A DNA stretch of 64,000 nt, taken from contig JBPGPT010000029.1 in the NCBI GenBank assembly GCA_051047955.1, positions 1-64,000 of the forward strand, written 5' to 3'. The number at the start of each line of letters is the position of its first letter. Positions within the stretch are counted from its first letter, which is position 1. The stretch is from Cystobasidiomycetes sp. EMM_F5. Its lineage: Eukaryota. The translations under genes and the position numbers were made by a program. The notes under the pieces are model-generated. The model was not told where the DNA came from, ran no database searches, and saw only the letters and a program-made list of their open reading frames with translations. Below are positions 39,053 to 54,400 of the stretch, piece by piece.

Positions 39053-39609
39053 GGCTCGTACGAGACGACCGCAATGTGGCTGCTTCAACTTGGAAATTTG
39101 TGGGAGTCGTCGCGAGATTACATGGCTCCACAACGCGTCTAGTTATCGGTAGATTGTGCGGGTCCTGAAGCGACGCCAACGGAGTCTTGCAATGATGTTA
39201 CATCAGGCATGGCATTTTCAAGGGCTATTTAGTAGCACCCGCACAAAACCAATGCGAATGGCCCGGGAACCGGGATAAAGCAACTTAGTCGCGGTCTTTA
39301 CGCAAGAAACAATGTGGATCATGAGGTCATATGCTATTTTCTTTGCGCATCTTTTTCAATCTGCTGTTGTTTACCGCCCCAGGCGGTTTCAAATCGCGCA
39401 TAAAACAACGAGGTACACAACAACCGGAGTAATGCTCGTACTTGACTGCTGCAACACTAATGCGATTGCTGAAATTGGATGTGGGGCCGAACTACCTCAT
39501 TGACGGTAATACCTGTCCCGAAGTGCATTCATTTTGTAATCGCTTCTTTTCCGTTTCCGAGAAAGCACACTGACATCGCACTATGCGCCCTCTTTGTCGT
39601 TTCGTTGTC

Positions 39610-42940
<3,331 letters not shown>

Positions 42941-45562
42941 TGTACTAATTGTGGTATACGGTGTTTGAGCAGCGTCTTGTGTAGGTTGCTGCACGTTGAC
43001 AAAAAGATGTTTCGAAAAGTTTAGGCCGAGTACCTCAATCAAACGCAGAGATTACAGAGATGAAGTGGGGTAGCTGGATGCCGAGAACGAGGACAGGTGT
43101 GAGAACGGTAATGCACCAGCGACACAAGTGCCGCTGCAGACCAAAGTGTCAGCCTTGCAATATTTATGAGCTCCAAGTCCAACACAGGCCTCCCAAGTGA
43201 CAGGAAATGCCAGCACGACAGACGACCGAGACGAGGCAGGACCGCGAGTCGAGCTGGCGGATGGTCTGTGCAGTGAGCGTACGCAGCGTCGTGCACCCTC
43301 AGCCTGCACCGAGGTCACTCGAGCGGCGCAGTGCTCCCACACGCCCTGCGGCGACGCTCTGGAGACGCTGGGACGGGACTGGAAGACGCGGGACGGCTTA
43401 GAAACAGCGGGCAAGTGTGATGGAAATGCGAAATGTAGGACAGAAGTGCTCGCCGTTTGCTTACATTGGGTATATTTGTCGAGATATTGGCAGGTCTGAT
43501 GGGCTCCCTGGAGGCTGGCTGCTCCTCTTCTCTGCGCGTCGATGGGATTCAGGTACACATCAGCCAACCAGGCACCCTCTGACGCGTAAAGTGGGCAGGA
43601 CGTACGGGGACGAGGTTCAAGTGCTGCTTGAGATGACTGACGGTGACGGGGTATATTGATACTGACTCGGGCTGACCTTGGACTGACTGACTGACGGGTG
43701 AAGCTGGGCACAACTCGGACAATCTCAGCACGGCCATCCAGTTTGAGATTCGAAGGAGCCGGCTGCTTACCTATCGCTTGGTCCACTTGCGAGAACGCGC
43801 TCCTGACTGTCCAGCAGTCGTAGAGACGTCGCGGAGTGAATGACCCGATAGTGCACACACCCTCTTTGGATGAACCAAGGTCTGGCGTGTTGCGCTGAGA
43901 AAGGATGGTAGATTAGGAAGATGGATATTGGGTGGTAAGGTAGAAGGTAGAAGGTAGGAGAGCAGTTCTCAGTAAGATGCCAGCGGAAAGCGCACCGCAA
44001 CCTTATGGTTGGCACATCGTCATATTCCAGCCTTTCATGCCCCGACATGAAACAGATTGGCCACGCTGCCGTCAGTGTGGGGTAGCATACGACTCATGCA
44101 CTTCATATTCGGCCTTGAGGTACCGTTTATTTAGGATCTCCTTTGTTTATTCAGGCAGACTCGTAACTGACGACCCAGCCGGTGGCTTTTTTCCCTATTG
44201 TCAAAGTTCTGGTTAGGTCAGGTACTGTCGTCGGCCACGCGCGATGTAGCAGCAGACAATGCGGGCGCGACCATATATACAGCTCGTTTACGCCATGCCT
44301 TCCCCTCTGACGCCATCAACGACTGCTGCCGACGTCAAAGTTAGCAATAAACACAAAAGGTCAATCTGAACAATACAGACTCACGCACTGACCACCTCTA
44401 TTGACGAGCTATTCTCAGAAGTAGCCAGAGGAGCAGGAAGCTCTTCACCTTCTATTGCTTCTCGCCACGAGGGCGTAAATGGGTGTACCTGACTGTTTTG
44501 AACAAAAGAAGTCAGGAAGTCAGAGATAATGGGATGAACTAATGAGCAGGTGAGCAGGAGGGATTGATATGTGGCAGGCTGTCAGCGTGTAGCGTAAGCT
44601 AATGCGCCATCGCAGGACTCAATGCGGATGAAGCTTCGGTAAGATCAGTGCGAAGATGGGCGGAAAACTGAAAGCGAGCATCATTATCCGCTAGTTGTGG
44701 CTTGTCTCCTCTTCACGATGCACAGTATCCGAGATTAGAACGATTCCACCGTTCCAGGACCAGATTCTTCTGCTGATAACTGCAGAGGTTGGTTAGTCCG
44801 ACCAACAGGCATGCTCCCGAGCAGGAGGTCTAGTGTGAGATACTGATAAGGCAAAGTGGCAGCCTTAGGTAGTCAAAGCTTCTTCTCCGACAACAGCGAC
44901 CTTATTCCTCGGATTGCGATATCGATCCGGGCAAGTCTGGCCGTTGAAACTCTGTTCGCAGCGAAGCAGGGTGATGTCAGGAGTGTGCTTGTAGAACCAT
45001 CATGACTGGTCGGTGGAAGAACGAATGGAACAGCAGACAACCTCAAAGAATCCCCCAACAACTCCTCACAGCTCCGACGGCTATACCCGAGACTTATACA
45101 GATAGCAGAACAAAATGACCCCTTGAGCATGCAGACGTAACAGCCTTATCCAACATTCTCTCAACAGAGGTCCGGCTGCAGAGGCGAGCTTGGCCAGCCT
45201 CATGGAAGCTCTTTCTCGCGTTGTCATTGCTGGTGGCGATTCTGGTGCGCGTGCATGTGGTTACTGGACGTGCCGTATGCTCAAAGGCACGATACGGTAT
45301 CACTGCACGATCAGACGGCTCCGCTGTTGCTATCGCAGTAACGAAACATTCCGTACAATCTCTCATTGACGACAGACATTCGTCGGGCAAGATCAACAAG
45401 CGCTAGCTAATCCCACAGTCTCGCACACTGCGCACCCAATATCATGATGATGTCTCAGCAGAGTCACTGCTATTGTCAACCAGTACCAAAGGACATCGTC
45501 AGCCCTGATAGAACGCTTTGACAAGAATGTTGAAAAAGCCCTATGTACGTAGGAACATACTT

Positions 45563-47180
45563 CTATCCTCTGAGTACCCATTGAGCAAATGAGAGCTTGG
45601 GCATGATCCAACCAGCTCTTGGCCGACTAGTCGCATTTCTTGTCAGTCTACCCGGTGCGGTGTTATACCCAGATCGATGAGACGGAGCCACAGAGGAATC
45701 CCTAGAAAGGGAGTCTTCCCGAGGATGTATGATAGAATGTCGAAACTGACTGCGCTCAAATGGTGCCGATTGCCTCGCAGATAGGGGAGGAGCCGCTATG
45801 CTGAGATCGGCCACTGAGCCAGCCAACGACTCAACATCACCTTCGACATCATCGTCTGTCTCCCTGTCAAGGTCCGTTTGCGAATCTATATCCGACAGAG
45901 CAGGCCTGTGGCTAGTCCGTAAGCGAGTAGGCAACGCCGACCCGGATGCTTGCGGTCGATCTCTGGCATCCTGCACTCGGAAGGTAGCGTCGCCTTCTCC
46001 ATCTTCGCTTGCAAAGTCGTCGTTTATGCTTGCAGCATCGTCATCGGTAAACTCAGCTTCGCTCGCAGACGCGATAATCGACATTGTTTCCTCGGAAGAA
46101 ATGCCATCAAAATCTGATGCACTTAATCCTGATATACTGCTTTGCTCCCATTCAGTCGTCGGGGGCGTGTCAAGCGATGTTTGAGCGTGTGTATCTATCG
46201 CCTTTGCCATATTCGGGCGTAGGAGGTATATTAGATGTTTACTTGTCGAAGGATCTTTCTTCGCTGAATGGGCTTTTAGTGAGTCGATGACTCTATGATG
46301 ATCGTTTAGGCCTAACTCACTGAATGACACAACGTCGTAGTATCTTGCGACGGCATGCACAAGAAACCGTACAAACGCGTCTTCAGCTTGCCATATCAGA
46401 GCATGTGGCAGTCGAGATATCTGCAAGAGTGTAGCTTCCTGCTCCTCGTCATCTGCATTATCCTCTGTCCCGCTGTCTAGATGATCCAACGCTACCAGAC
46501 ATCTCGCATCCCGCTTGGTGAAATTGTCTGTACTGCCATCGGGCTGTAAAAATACTTGGACGCCTTGTAGCCAGTTTCGTAAGTGCGCATCTACAGTCCT
46601 GATAACGTATTCTCCGGGTCCACCGCCAGTGACGATGCGCCGTGTCGCTCGCTGCAAGCCCTTGATGGGCAGTGAGAACCGTCCAAAATCAGAAGCGCGA
46701 GAGTCGTCAAAGACTTGAGTTGTGTTGGCGGTATTGGACGAAGACGGAATGCAGGGCTTAGTAGGGTTGAAGAAGGCAGAAGGCGGTGGCGCTGGAAACG
46801 TGGGATGATTAGAAGCTTGATTAGGTGAATAGTCGGAAGCGCGAGGTAGTGCGACATGCTTTGATCCAACGAAGCGGTCTATTAAGAGTCTCCGAAGCCC
46901 TCAGCGGGTGTTTCCGTCTAATCGCTTATCTGATTGACGCACCATTCTCCCATCGACGCTGCTTCCTGCGGCCAAACTTGGTTTCGTGCGACGATGTCGA
47001 TGTCGAAGCTGCCCCATCTGCACTACGCTGCTGCGATGCCGTCTTTGCTGCATTCATACGCTGTTTGTAGCCCGGGACGTTCTGACGCAGCATGGCCGGT
47101 AGTGACATCCCGACAGACGATGGCCCATCGTGCAGCGGAATGCTGTCGACGATACGGCGATGCTCGAGCGCGACGTCCAT
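45563..47180 (-). CDS. R3H-associated N-terminal domain / R3H-like protein
   Basis: KFGRRKQRRWEN N-terminal motif; 'EDAFVRFLVHAVARYYDVVSFS' R3H-like segment; acidic tail. Confidence 0.7.
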
Positions 47181-47358
47181 GGTTGCAGGTCAGATTGCTG
47201 TCGATTTCAGTTGGCGTTGATTGAGGACAACATGGATAACAGCGAGGTCAAAGTACAATGCGATGCCTTGATCATACCCAAGTAAATGTACAATGTGACA
47301 ACAAGGACGCGACTGCTAAGAAAGAGAATAGCCACTTTGCGCGACACTCACATCGCCT

Positions 47359-48243
47359 TTACAAGCTCATACGGCCGAACTGCTGCACATCTGCCGGAAC
47401 TTCGGAAGATGGGACAGACTGACGAGAACCCAGCGGTGGAGTAAATGTCCGAGGTGTGAACTCGCGTGCAGCAGGACTGAGCACCTTTTTCGGCGGCCGC
47501 CGTCTGGCAGTATTGAAGCCTTTAGGCAGCTCTTTGCCAGACATTGAAGGCGGATTCGCTGGCTCGCGAAGGATGGTCGCGCACTCGGGATCCTGAACCA
47601 CTTTCTTCCTCCCTCCTACCCTGTCCTTTCGTGCTTGACGTACGGCACCGCTAGGCCCCTCGCTTTCGCTCACATCGGCGGAGCTGGGTTGCGGACTGGC
47701 TGTCATGCCCGTCGAGTGAGGAGTGACATCTCGAGATGAGGCGGCGTCTGAAGTCGCACTCAAATCTGCTGCCTGCTGAGCTTGCTGCTGCCCAAATATC
47801 TTTGCCCTCGCCTCTCTGTACGCCTTTTCGCGATCCTGCAAGCTCTTTTTAGCTGCAGCGGCCTTTTCGGCAGCGGTCATTGTCGAGTTTGACAAATTAG
47901 CGGGCGCATTGTTGGGTCGTTTCAGTATTTTCAATGACGGAGCAAAGGCTTGTGGTGGGATGGCAGAGCCTGAGGAGGAGGGTCCTGCCAGTGACGGGGA
48001 ATTCGGATTGATGGATGACGGGCCGAAGGAGAGCGAGTTGTTGCTGTTGGGTGAAAAGGGTTAGGCAGTGTCCGGGCTGACTCTAATGCAATGGACTTGC
48101 GCTATCTGCCACAGTCTGGCATTGCCAGCGTCATTCTGACCGCCTCGAGGCGGTTCGTCCTGTCGACGTTTCAGCCAGCTTTCTTCATTCTCGACGAACA
48201 ATATGCTGCTCACTGTGTCCCAGTCATCAGGAATGCTAGGCAT
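47359..48243 (-). CDS. SUZ-domain protein (SZRD1-like) with PAM2-like motif
   Basis: MPSIPDDWD... | ...NARLWQIA | ...KILKRP...KSLQDREKAYREARAKIFG (SUZ); ILREPANP...KGF (SUZ-C-like); LSPAAREFTP. Confidence 0.85.
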
Positions 48244-49260
48244 AGCTCTGCTTCCTGAGAAACGCTGAGCTCCTAGCCGTTCCACTCAGCCATTTATCCC
48301 GCTCCCGAGGTGTTGGAAGACTGACAGATAGTCAAAGCCAAAACTCCTGATTTCGTCTGACAAGACTGACAAGGCTAGACTAACATTAATATCGCTAATC
48401 TGCTTCTCTTCCTCCGGCCAACCAACGCGCAGCAACGTGACCCGTCAGAAAGCTACGGATGTCATATCGCAGGTTGGCCCCGCAGACGTGGGAGGGTTCA
48501 GTCTGGCATGAACAGGGCTCTCCCAAGTTGGCGAAGTATACCTTGTCTGACGAGTCTGGCCGCGTATAATGAACATAAACGCCTAAGCTAAAGCAAGCTC
48601 TTACAATTTAGACGCTACGCATACTCACCACATCTTTAGGGTCGAAGCAATTTAGGCTGGGATAGTCGAGACAGCTCGGCTTACCAGAGTCTTTGAACAC
48701 CGGCGGATAGATCCTTGTCGTGTCATTCAAAAAGTTCTGCAACAGCTGGACACGCTTCGGAATTTACTTACACAGATTGCAGAGATACAATTGACAACCG
48801 AAACTACCTCTACAAACCTCTAGCATCTACAGCGGCTTTCGAAAACGCCATTCAAGCCGTGCACACGCAAGCTCGGAATATTGCTTACAGGAAGGAGCGG
48901 GCTATATCAGTGCCAGCGACCGACTCGTCGGACGAGCTGAAAGACGGGATAGACACCGTCACGCACAATGCTTCTGCGGGTGTTCAAAAACGCAATCGAA
49001 GCAGTGCAAGAATTAGGTAGAGAATAAGATGTATTCAAATTTTTTTTCTGATTATGATATGTTTTAAAATTGCCGGGCGAGGCGAGAAATTACAGAATTG
49101 GAACGGAAGGTGTTTACTAGTGCGTGCAAGATATGCGTCGTGACACAGCGGAGCGCTCGTTTGCCTTTCGGGCAGGCCACAGCCAATTTCTCCGGATTTA
49201 TCGGAATTTAATCCGCGAAAAGCGGGGATGATTTAGAAAGCTTGAACCTGATGTAGATGT

Positions 49261-50080
49261 CTAAATGGGAAATCGGCGCAGGTATGGCTTACCGATGCAA
49301 GCACCAGCATACGACTCTGTTACCAGATCGGTTGGCTGAAGGTGTTCCAAGCTAGCCACTATCTTCTGTACTGTAGGGCGGCAGGAATGATGCTCGAACT
49401 AGTGGAAGCACGATCAGCAGATGTACCGCAATGCATACAGACTTTAACTCACTTGCAGTCTGGCCATCCGATCTCGGAGCTCGCTGACTGTATCCTCTTC
49501 CGTAATGCGGTAATAAAGCTGAAACACGTTTTCTTCGATGTCATCAACATCTTGCTTATCTCTACGGTCAAGGAGAGCGCGATGGGTGTAGTCGATGTTT
49601 TGCGGGTTGATGAGAGTCCTCAAAAGGAAGTCGACTGTTGTTGGGCACTCTCTGTCATACCAGTATCCAAGTCAGCTGTCGTCACCCTGCAGTAATTTCC
49701 GATTCTACCTACTCTAATCGATAAAAGAGCGCCTCGTCCAAATGCTTTGCCTCCCCTTGTAAATTTAGCCTCCTCGTTCAAGACAGAGTAGAGAAAGTAG
49801 AATTCCTGATCGTCGGAGAGAAGATCAAGGGCGGGTTCGTCACATGGTCTTCCCCCGACGACATTCTTACCGGCCCATGTCTCTGTGACTAGCCGACATC
49901 GCATAGACCAGCGATACTGCTGGAGTGGCGCATGCGAGTGGAGTCCAATGTCTTCGTCGTCGCTAAACAGCCAGCTCAAGTCGCTGCCTGGTGTTCTATC
50001 GGATGCTGCATGCAGGTCACTGTCAAAGTCGAGAATTGGAGGTCGTTCAGGGCTCAATACCCAGTCGAATTCGCTATTGT
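49261..50080 (-). CDS. Hypothetical protein (spliced; 5' end not resolved)
   Basis: ORF 49620-50057 appears to continue through GT..AG introns into VDFLLRTLINPQNIDYTHRALLDRRDKQDVDDIEENVFQLYYRITEE... and FEHHSCRPTVQK...RRFPI*. No family recognised. Confidence 0.4.
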
Positions 50081-50689
50081 CTGTGTTGCAAAGTACGTTA
50101 ATTGACTGTTAGCTGAGGCACAACGATGGCCACATACGCGATATGCTGCGACAAGCTACAGCAGACGTTGCAGCCGGGAGTCAGTGAGCAGCGCAACGAT
50201 GGCATTGCCGAGTGTCAGCTCGAGCCAATGCAAGTCGACTAAACAGAGTAAACAGAACCAAGCCGGCGGTTTTCTCGTTTTTGCAAAACAAACTCAACAC
50301 ACATTGCGTCGTAGCACTAAGCCCCTGACGACAAACAATCGCCTCGCGTCGCGTCACCAATCAAGGGTTAGCCTAGCTGATGGTTGTGGCCCTCTGGCTG
50401 CATGGAAGAAAGGAGCTAGAGTCAGAGCGTTCCGTAGGTGGCGACCACGCGAAATTTCAGCGGCGAAGGGGCCAGTGTCGCAGGGCTCGTGGGCAGGAGT
50501 GTCGATTAGTATGCAGGCAGAGAACGACAGGGATTGCAAGCAAGTCATGCTGGGGATCATGTCGTTTGAGCGGATGGCAGGCGGCAGGAATTGCGGGACA
50601 GGTTGTGCAGGATACTGATCGAAAAGTTTGGGAAGGTGAAAAGACGGATATATATGGCATTAATTCCCCCTGCGTCGAAAGCTTTCCCA

Positions 50690-50811
50690 GCGTACTTAAT
50701 CAAGTGGTTACGATGCTGTGTTCAGGCTATTCAGAATCGTCAGTAGATGTGGAATACCATGAAGATCGCAGTGCTCGAAAGAGCGCACAGGTTCGAATCC
50801 TGTAGTACGCA
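50690..50811 (+). tRNA. tRNA-Leu(CAG) with 39-nt intron (50727-50765)
   Basis: Acceptor stem GCGTACT/AGTACGC plus A73; D arm ATC..GAT with GG; anticodon stem CTGTG/CGCAG with loop TT-CAG-G[intron]T; long variable arm GCTC-GAAA-GAGC; T arm ACAGG-TTCGAAT-CCTGT. Confidence 0.95.
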
Positions 50812-50812
50812 C

Positions 50813-50819
50813 TTTTTTT
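50813..50819 (+). terminator. RNA polymerase III terminator (T7)
   Basis: TTTTTTT immediately after the tRNA 3' end. Confidence 0.85.
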
Positions 50820-51460
50820 GATGATTGAAGCTGTCTCCAGCTTCTGTTGCGTGTCTTTTGGCATTCATTTTCGACTTTTTCGCTGGAAACTGCCCGGGAA
50901 AATCCCAGAACGATGCTTTCGCATGTCTTTTGCACTTCCTGGACTCCCTTTCACGTCGTCTAGCCTCACTTTGTCCTTTCCTCCATAAAAGCGCCCTTCT
51001 CGATTTATTTGACGCGCAGCAGGCACGAAATAAATGTGAAAAGGCAGGCGCGTGCACGCGTTTGGAGGAGAAGACGAAGGATAGGATGTAGGGAGTGTGT
51101 GTCTACCAGCTGCCATCGTTTGTTGTCAGTATATCAGTCTTGTCGATTTATCAGATCTAAGATATCAGGTTTCGTGCGGAGAATCAGGAGAATGTCACCT
51201 TCTTTGACGCGACTATACTGCTATTTGCAATCTAGATCAGAAAAGACGTTAATCTCCTTGAATACTTCATACTCGCACACTTGTTGGGTTGGAAGACTTC
51301 TCGAAACCGCCGTTGCCCAAAGTGAGACCTCTCGACAACCCATCAGCCCTCTTTGCATTCCGCCAAACGCTGAGCGCAACCAACCAACGACGAATACAAC
51401 CCACACTCGCTTTCGCAACACACAAAACACAACACCAGCCCATGCAGTGACTTTTACACC

Positions 51461-54400
51461 ATGAAGTCTGCCATTCTCGGGCTGCTCGTTGCAGTCGCAG
51501 CGGTGCAAACTGCCGCAGGACTCGACACGGCGAGGCTGCAGGATGATGGACGACGAGGAGGAGGAGGAGCAGTATGGCAGGAGAGTGAGCATCCACTGCT
51601 CCGTCAAGGCAGCGTAGCCAATAACCGCAAAGAACGGACATTTGGGGAACCTCAGTCTGCCATGCACCGCGCTGGAGCAGCAAAGCGGCACAACGTACGC
51701 GCAAACCAGCACAGACCAAGACAGGTCATCGTAGACTCGCAGAACAACGACAATGTCGGACTCCCAGTGGTGTTTGAGAATATCGCAGTGACCTCTGGGA
51801 GCGTCAGGACGATACTTACAAAGACTGTCACTCTGACAACGACGCTGCAGGACGGAAGGCAGGGTAAGCATATTCACATTTATAAGTCTACTGTACTCGA
51901 TATCGTCGAATGCGATATTCGTACCCTCGGCTCAAATACGGGGACCGAGCGCGTCTAATTCCTGCAAAACGGCGAATACATACAAAATACTGACACATAT
52001 TGTGCTTCCAACAGCCCTCGTCACGAACATTGAGACTATCAATATCTATCCAACTCCGTCAAGCACCAGCGACAAGCCCGTACGCGTCCAATTGGCATCG
52101 TCGACGTCGAGCAACAGGCAACCGCTGTTCACATCAAACAACAGCCCCTTGGTGCCTTCCAGTACACCATCGACATCGTCTAGGGTAGTTGTATCGCTCT
52201 CGCAGCCCTCGACGTCTCCAACGCCTGAGCCGGCGTCGTCGTCGAGTGCCCCGGCGAGCTCGACAACGTCAAGCAAGGCGATATCGAGCTCCTCAAGCAC
52301 AACATCAGTAGTCTCATCGTCATCGGCGTCATCACCTCTGCCAAAAGTGGCTGTGGTGGTATCGTCGACAACCGAGAGCTCGACTTCTCCACCCTCGACG
52401 AGCACAAGCGCAAATCGACCACCTTTGGTAGCTCCATCTTCGGCATTGGAAAGCAGCAGTAGCACTAGCTCCGTCTCTTCGTCCGCCTCGTCGTCTGCTG
52501 CTGCATCTTCTCAGAGCACGCAACCACAAGAGACCGATGCTTCGACCACTTCTAGAATGGCAAGCTCTAATGCCAGCACCAGATCAAGTCTGCCACCATC
52601 CTCGTCCGATGCATCGTCGACGTCATCAACGACAAGTGTAGTTGAGTCCAGTCGGACTGCATCTTCAGTGTCCCCGTCTACGTCTGTTAGCACTACAACT
52701 ACAAAATCTGATGTGTCGACTAGCGCTAGCGGATCGTCTACCGCTTTGACTGTGCCACCAGCAACATCAAGCACATCTGCATCATCGTCCGCAATTACAT
52801 CGACATCATCATCGACATCATCGTTCAGCACGAGTACCTTTGTCAGTACACCTTCGACTTCATCATCCAGCTCGAGTATTGCTGCATCGTCGACAACGAC
52901 AACCAAGACGGAGGATGTTACAGTCACGGTAACGAGCATTCCCTTTTCGTCACTATCGCTGACGACCTCGTTATCCTCGAGCGTTTCGTCGACCGGTAGT
53001 GCCAGCAGCGGATCGCTGACTTCACAGACAACTGCGAGTTCATCTGGCTTGACTAGCAGCTCGATTTTCACTACTTCAAGCACAGCTTCGAGTGGTGAAG
53101 TACAATCTACGACAACCATCACAGGCGTATCCTCATCGGTGACCTCCAGCTCTCAATCCCAGTCTCAAACGGCATCAAACTCCTTGAGCGGATCTGTATC
53201 AGCCTCTACAACGACTGGCTCTCTGTCGGTATCGGGTAGTGCTGGAAACAACAGCACTGCCTCACCGACAAGCTCCAGTACAAGCTTCTCGGGCTCTGCA
53301 ACAGGGCCGGGGTTGAGCACAAGCAGTTCGTCCTTTACAGGTTCGGGTAATAGTGGCTCATCAACTGGCTCATCCACTAGCTCATCAATTGGCTCTTCTA
53401 CTGGCTCTTTCACTGCATCCGAATCTTCGACCGTCTCTGGAGGGAATGACAATTCGACATCCTCCACTCATACAGGCACCGAAAGCTTTTCGCAAACGTC
53501 GTCTAGCACCAATACCCCGAGCGGATCTTCTTCTTCTACCACAGGCACTGTATCCTTTACGGGATCAAACTCTGTCACCGGTAGCGGGACGGTGACTTCG
53601 ACTGTCTCTTCGTCGACTGTTACGGGATCGACTTTGAGTACTTTTTCCGGACCTTCGGCCGGCGAGAACAGTACCATCACGTCGACTTCTTCGATTCCCT
53701 CTTCGACCACACAGACTCACAGCGCCAGTAGCGATGTCTCAAACAACAGTACCAGCACTAGCAAGTGAGTGTTTATGCACTGTCGTAAATCTGACTGCAT
53801 TCGGGCTGACATTACCGATTCAGCTTCTATTCGTTCGTTCCTACGTCCGCATTGATGGTCAATACTGTCACACCAACAACGACAAGCACAAGCGAGCTTG
53901 CCACTTCCTCGTCGGACAGTGCCAGTACAGCGAGCAATGGGCCAGCTACTACGACCAGTACCTCTGCCGCTCCTTTCCCGACAGAATGGGCTTCAGTCAT
54001 TGTTCCCGCCAATACCGCCACGACGATTCCGAAAGGCTATACTCTCATCAGTATCCTGTTTGGTCCAGCTCTCAGCTGGTCATGGCTGCTGAGCAACTCG
54101 GATGCTTCCGCTCAAGCGTTTGCATTCATGCCGTCCCTTATTGCCGACACGCTCAACATTTCGTCTTCGAATGTGTATACAGATTCGCTGCAGGCATACA
54201 CGCCATCGTCGACTGCAAAGAGCTCCGACATCCTCGCTGTCTACCTTGCGTACATTCCCTCTTCAGATGTGGATGCGCTCAGTGTAAACATCAAGACGCC
54301 AAACAGTGCATTCTACACAAGCTCAAACGGAGTCGCAAAGGAATTGGCTCAAGTTGTCAATCCGACATTCTCCGTCACGAGTTACGCCGCGCAGGGCGTT

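Noticed and set aside
45445..45510. Box C/D snoRNA (ATGATGA...CTGA)
   Set aside because: No proper terminal stem, and no rRNA-complementary guide that I can recognise.
48300..49260. Telomerase RNA or hammerhead ribozyme
   Set aside because: No 1.5-repeat telomeric template is present (only a lone TTTAGGG). The CTGACGA near 48547 lacks stem II followed by GAAA.
50690..50811. CUG codon reassignment (Ser/Ala) or a Sec tRNA
   Set aside because: U33, G37, the A73 discriminator and the lack of G3:U70 all indicate Leu. Stem register places CAG, not TCA, at positions 34-36.
52046..53710. Long antisense ORFs opposite MSB2 (and similar ones opposite other genes)
   Set aside because: Shadow ORFs produced by Ser/Thr low-complexity codon usage.
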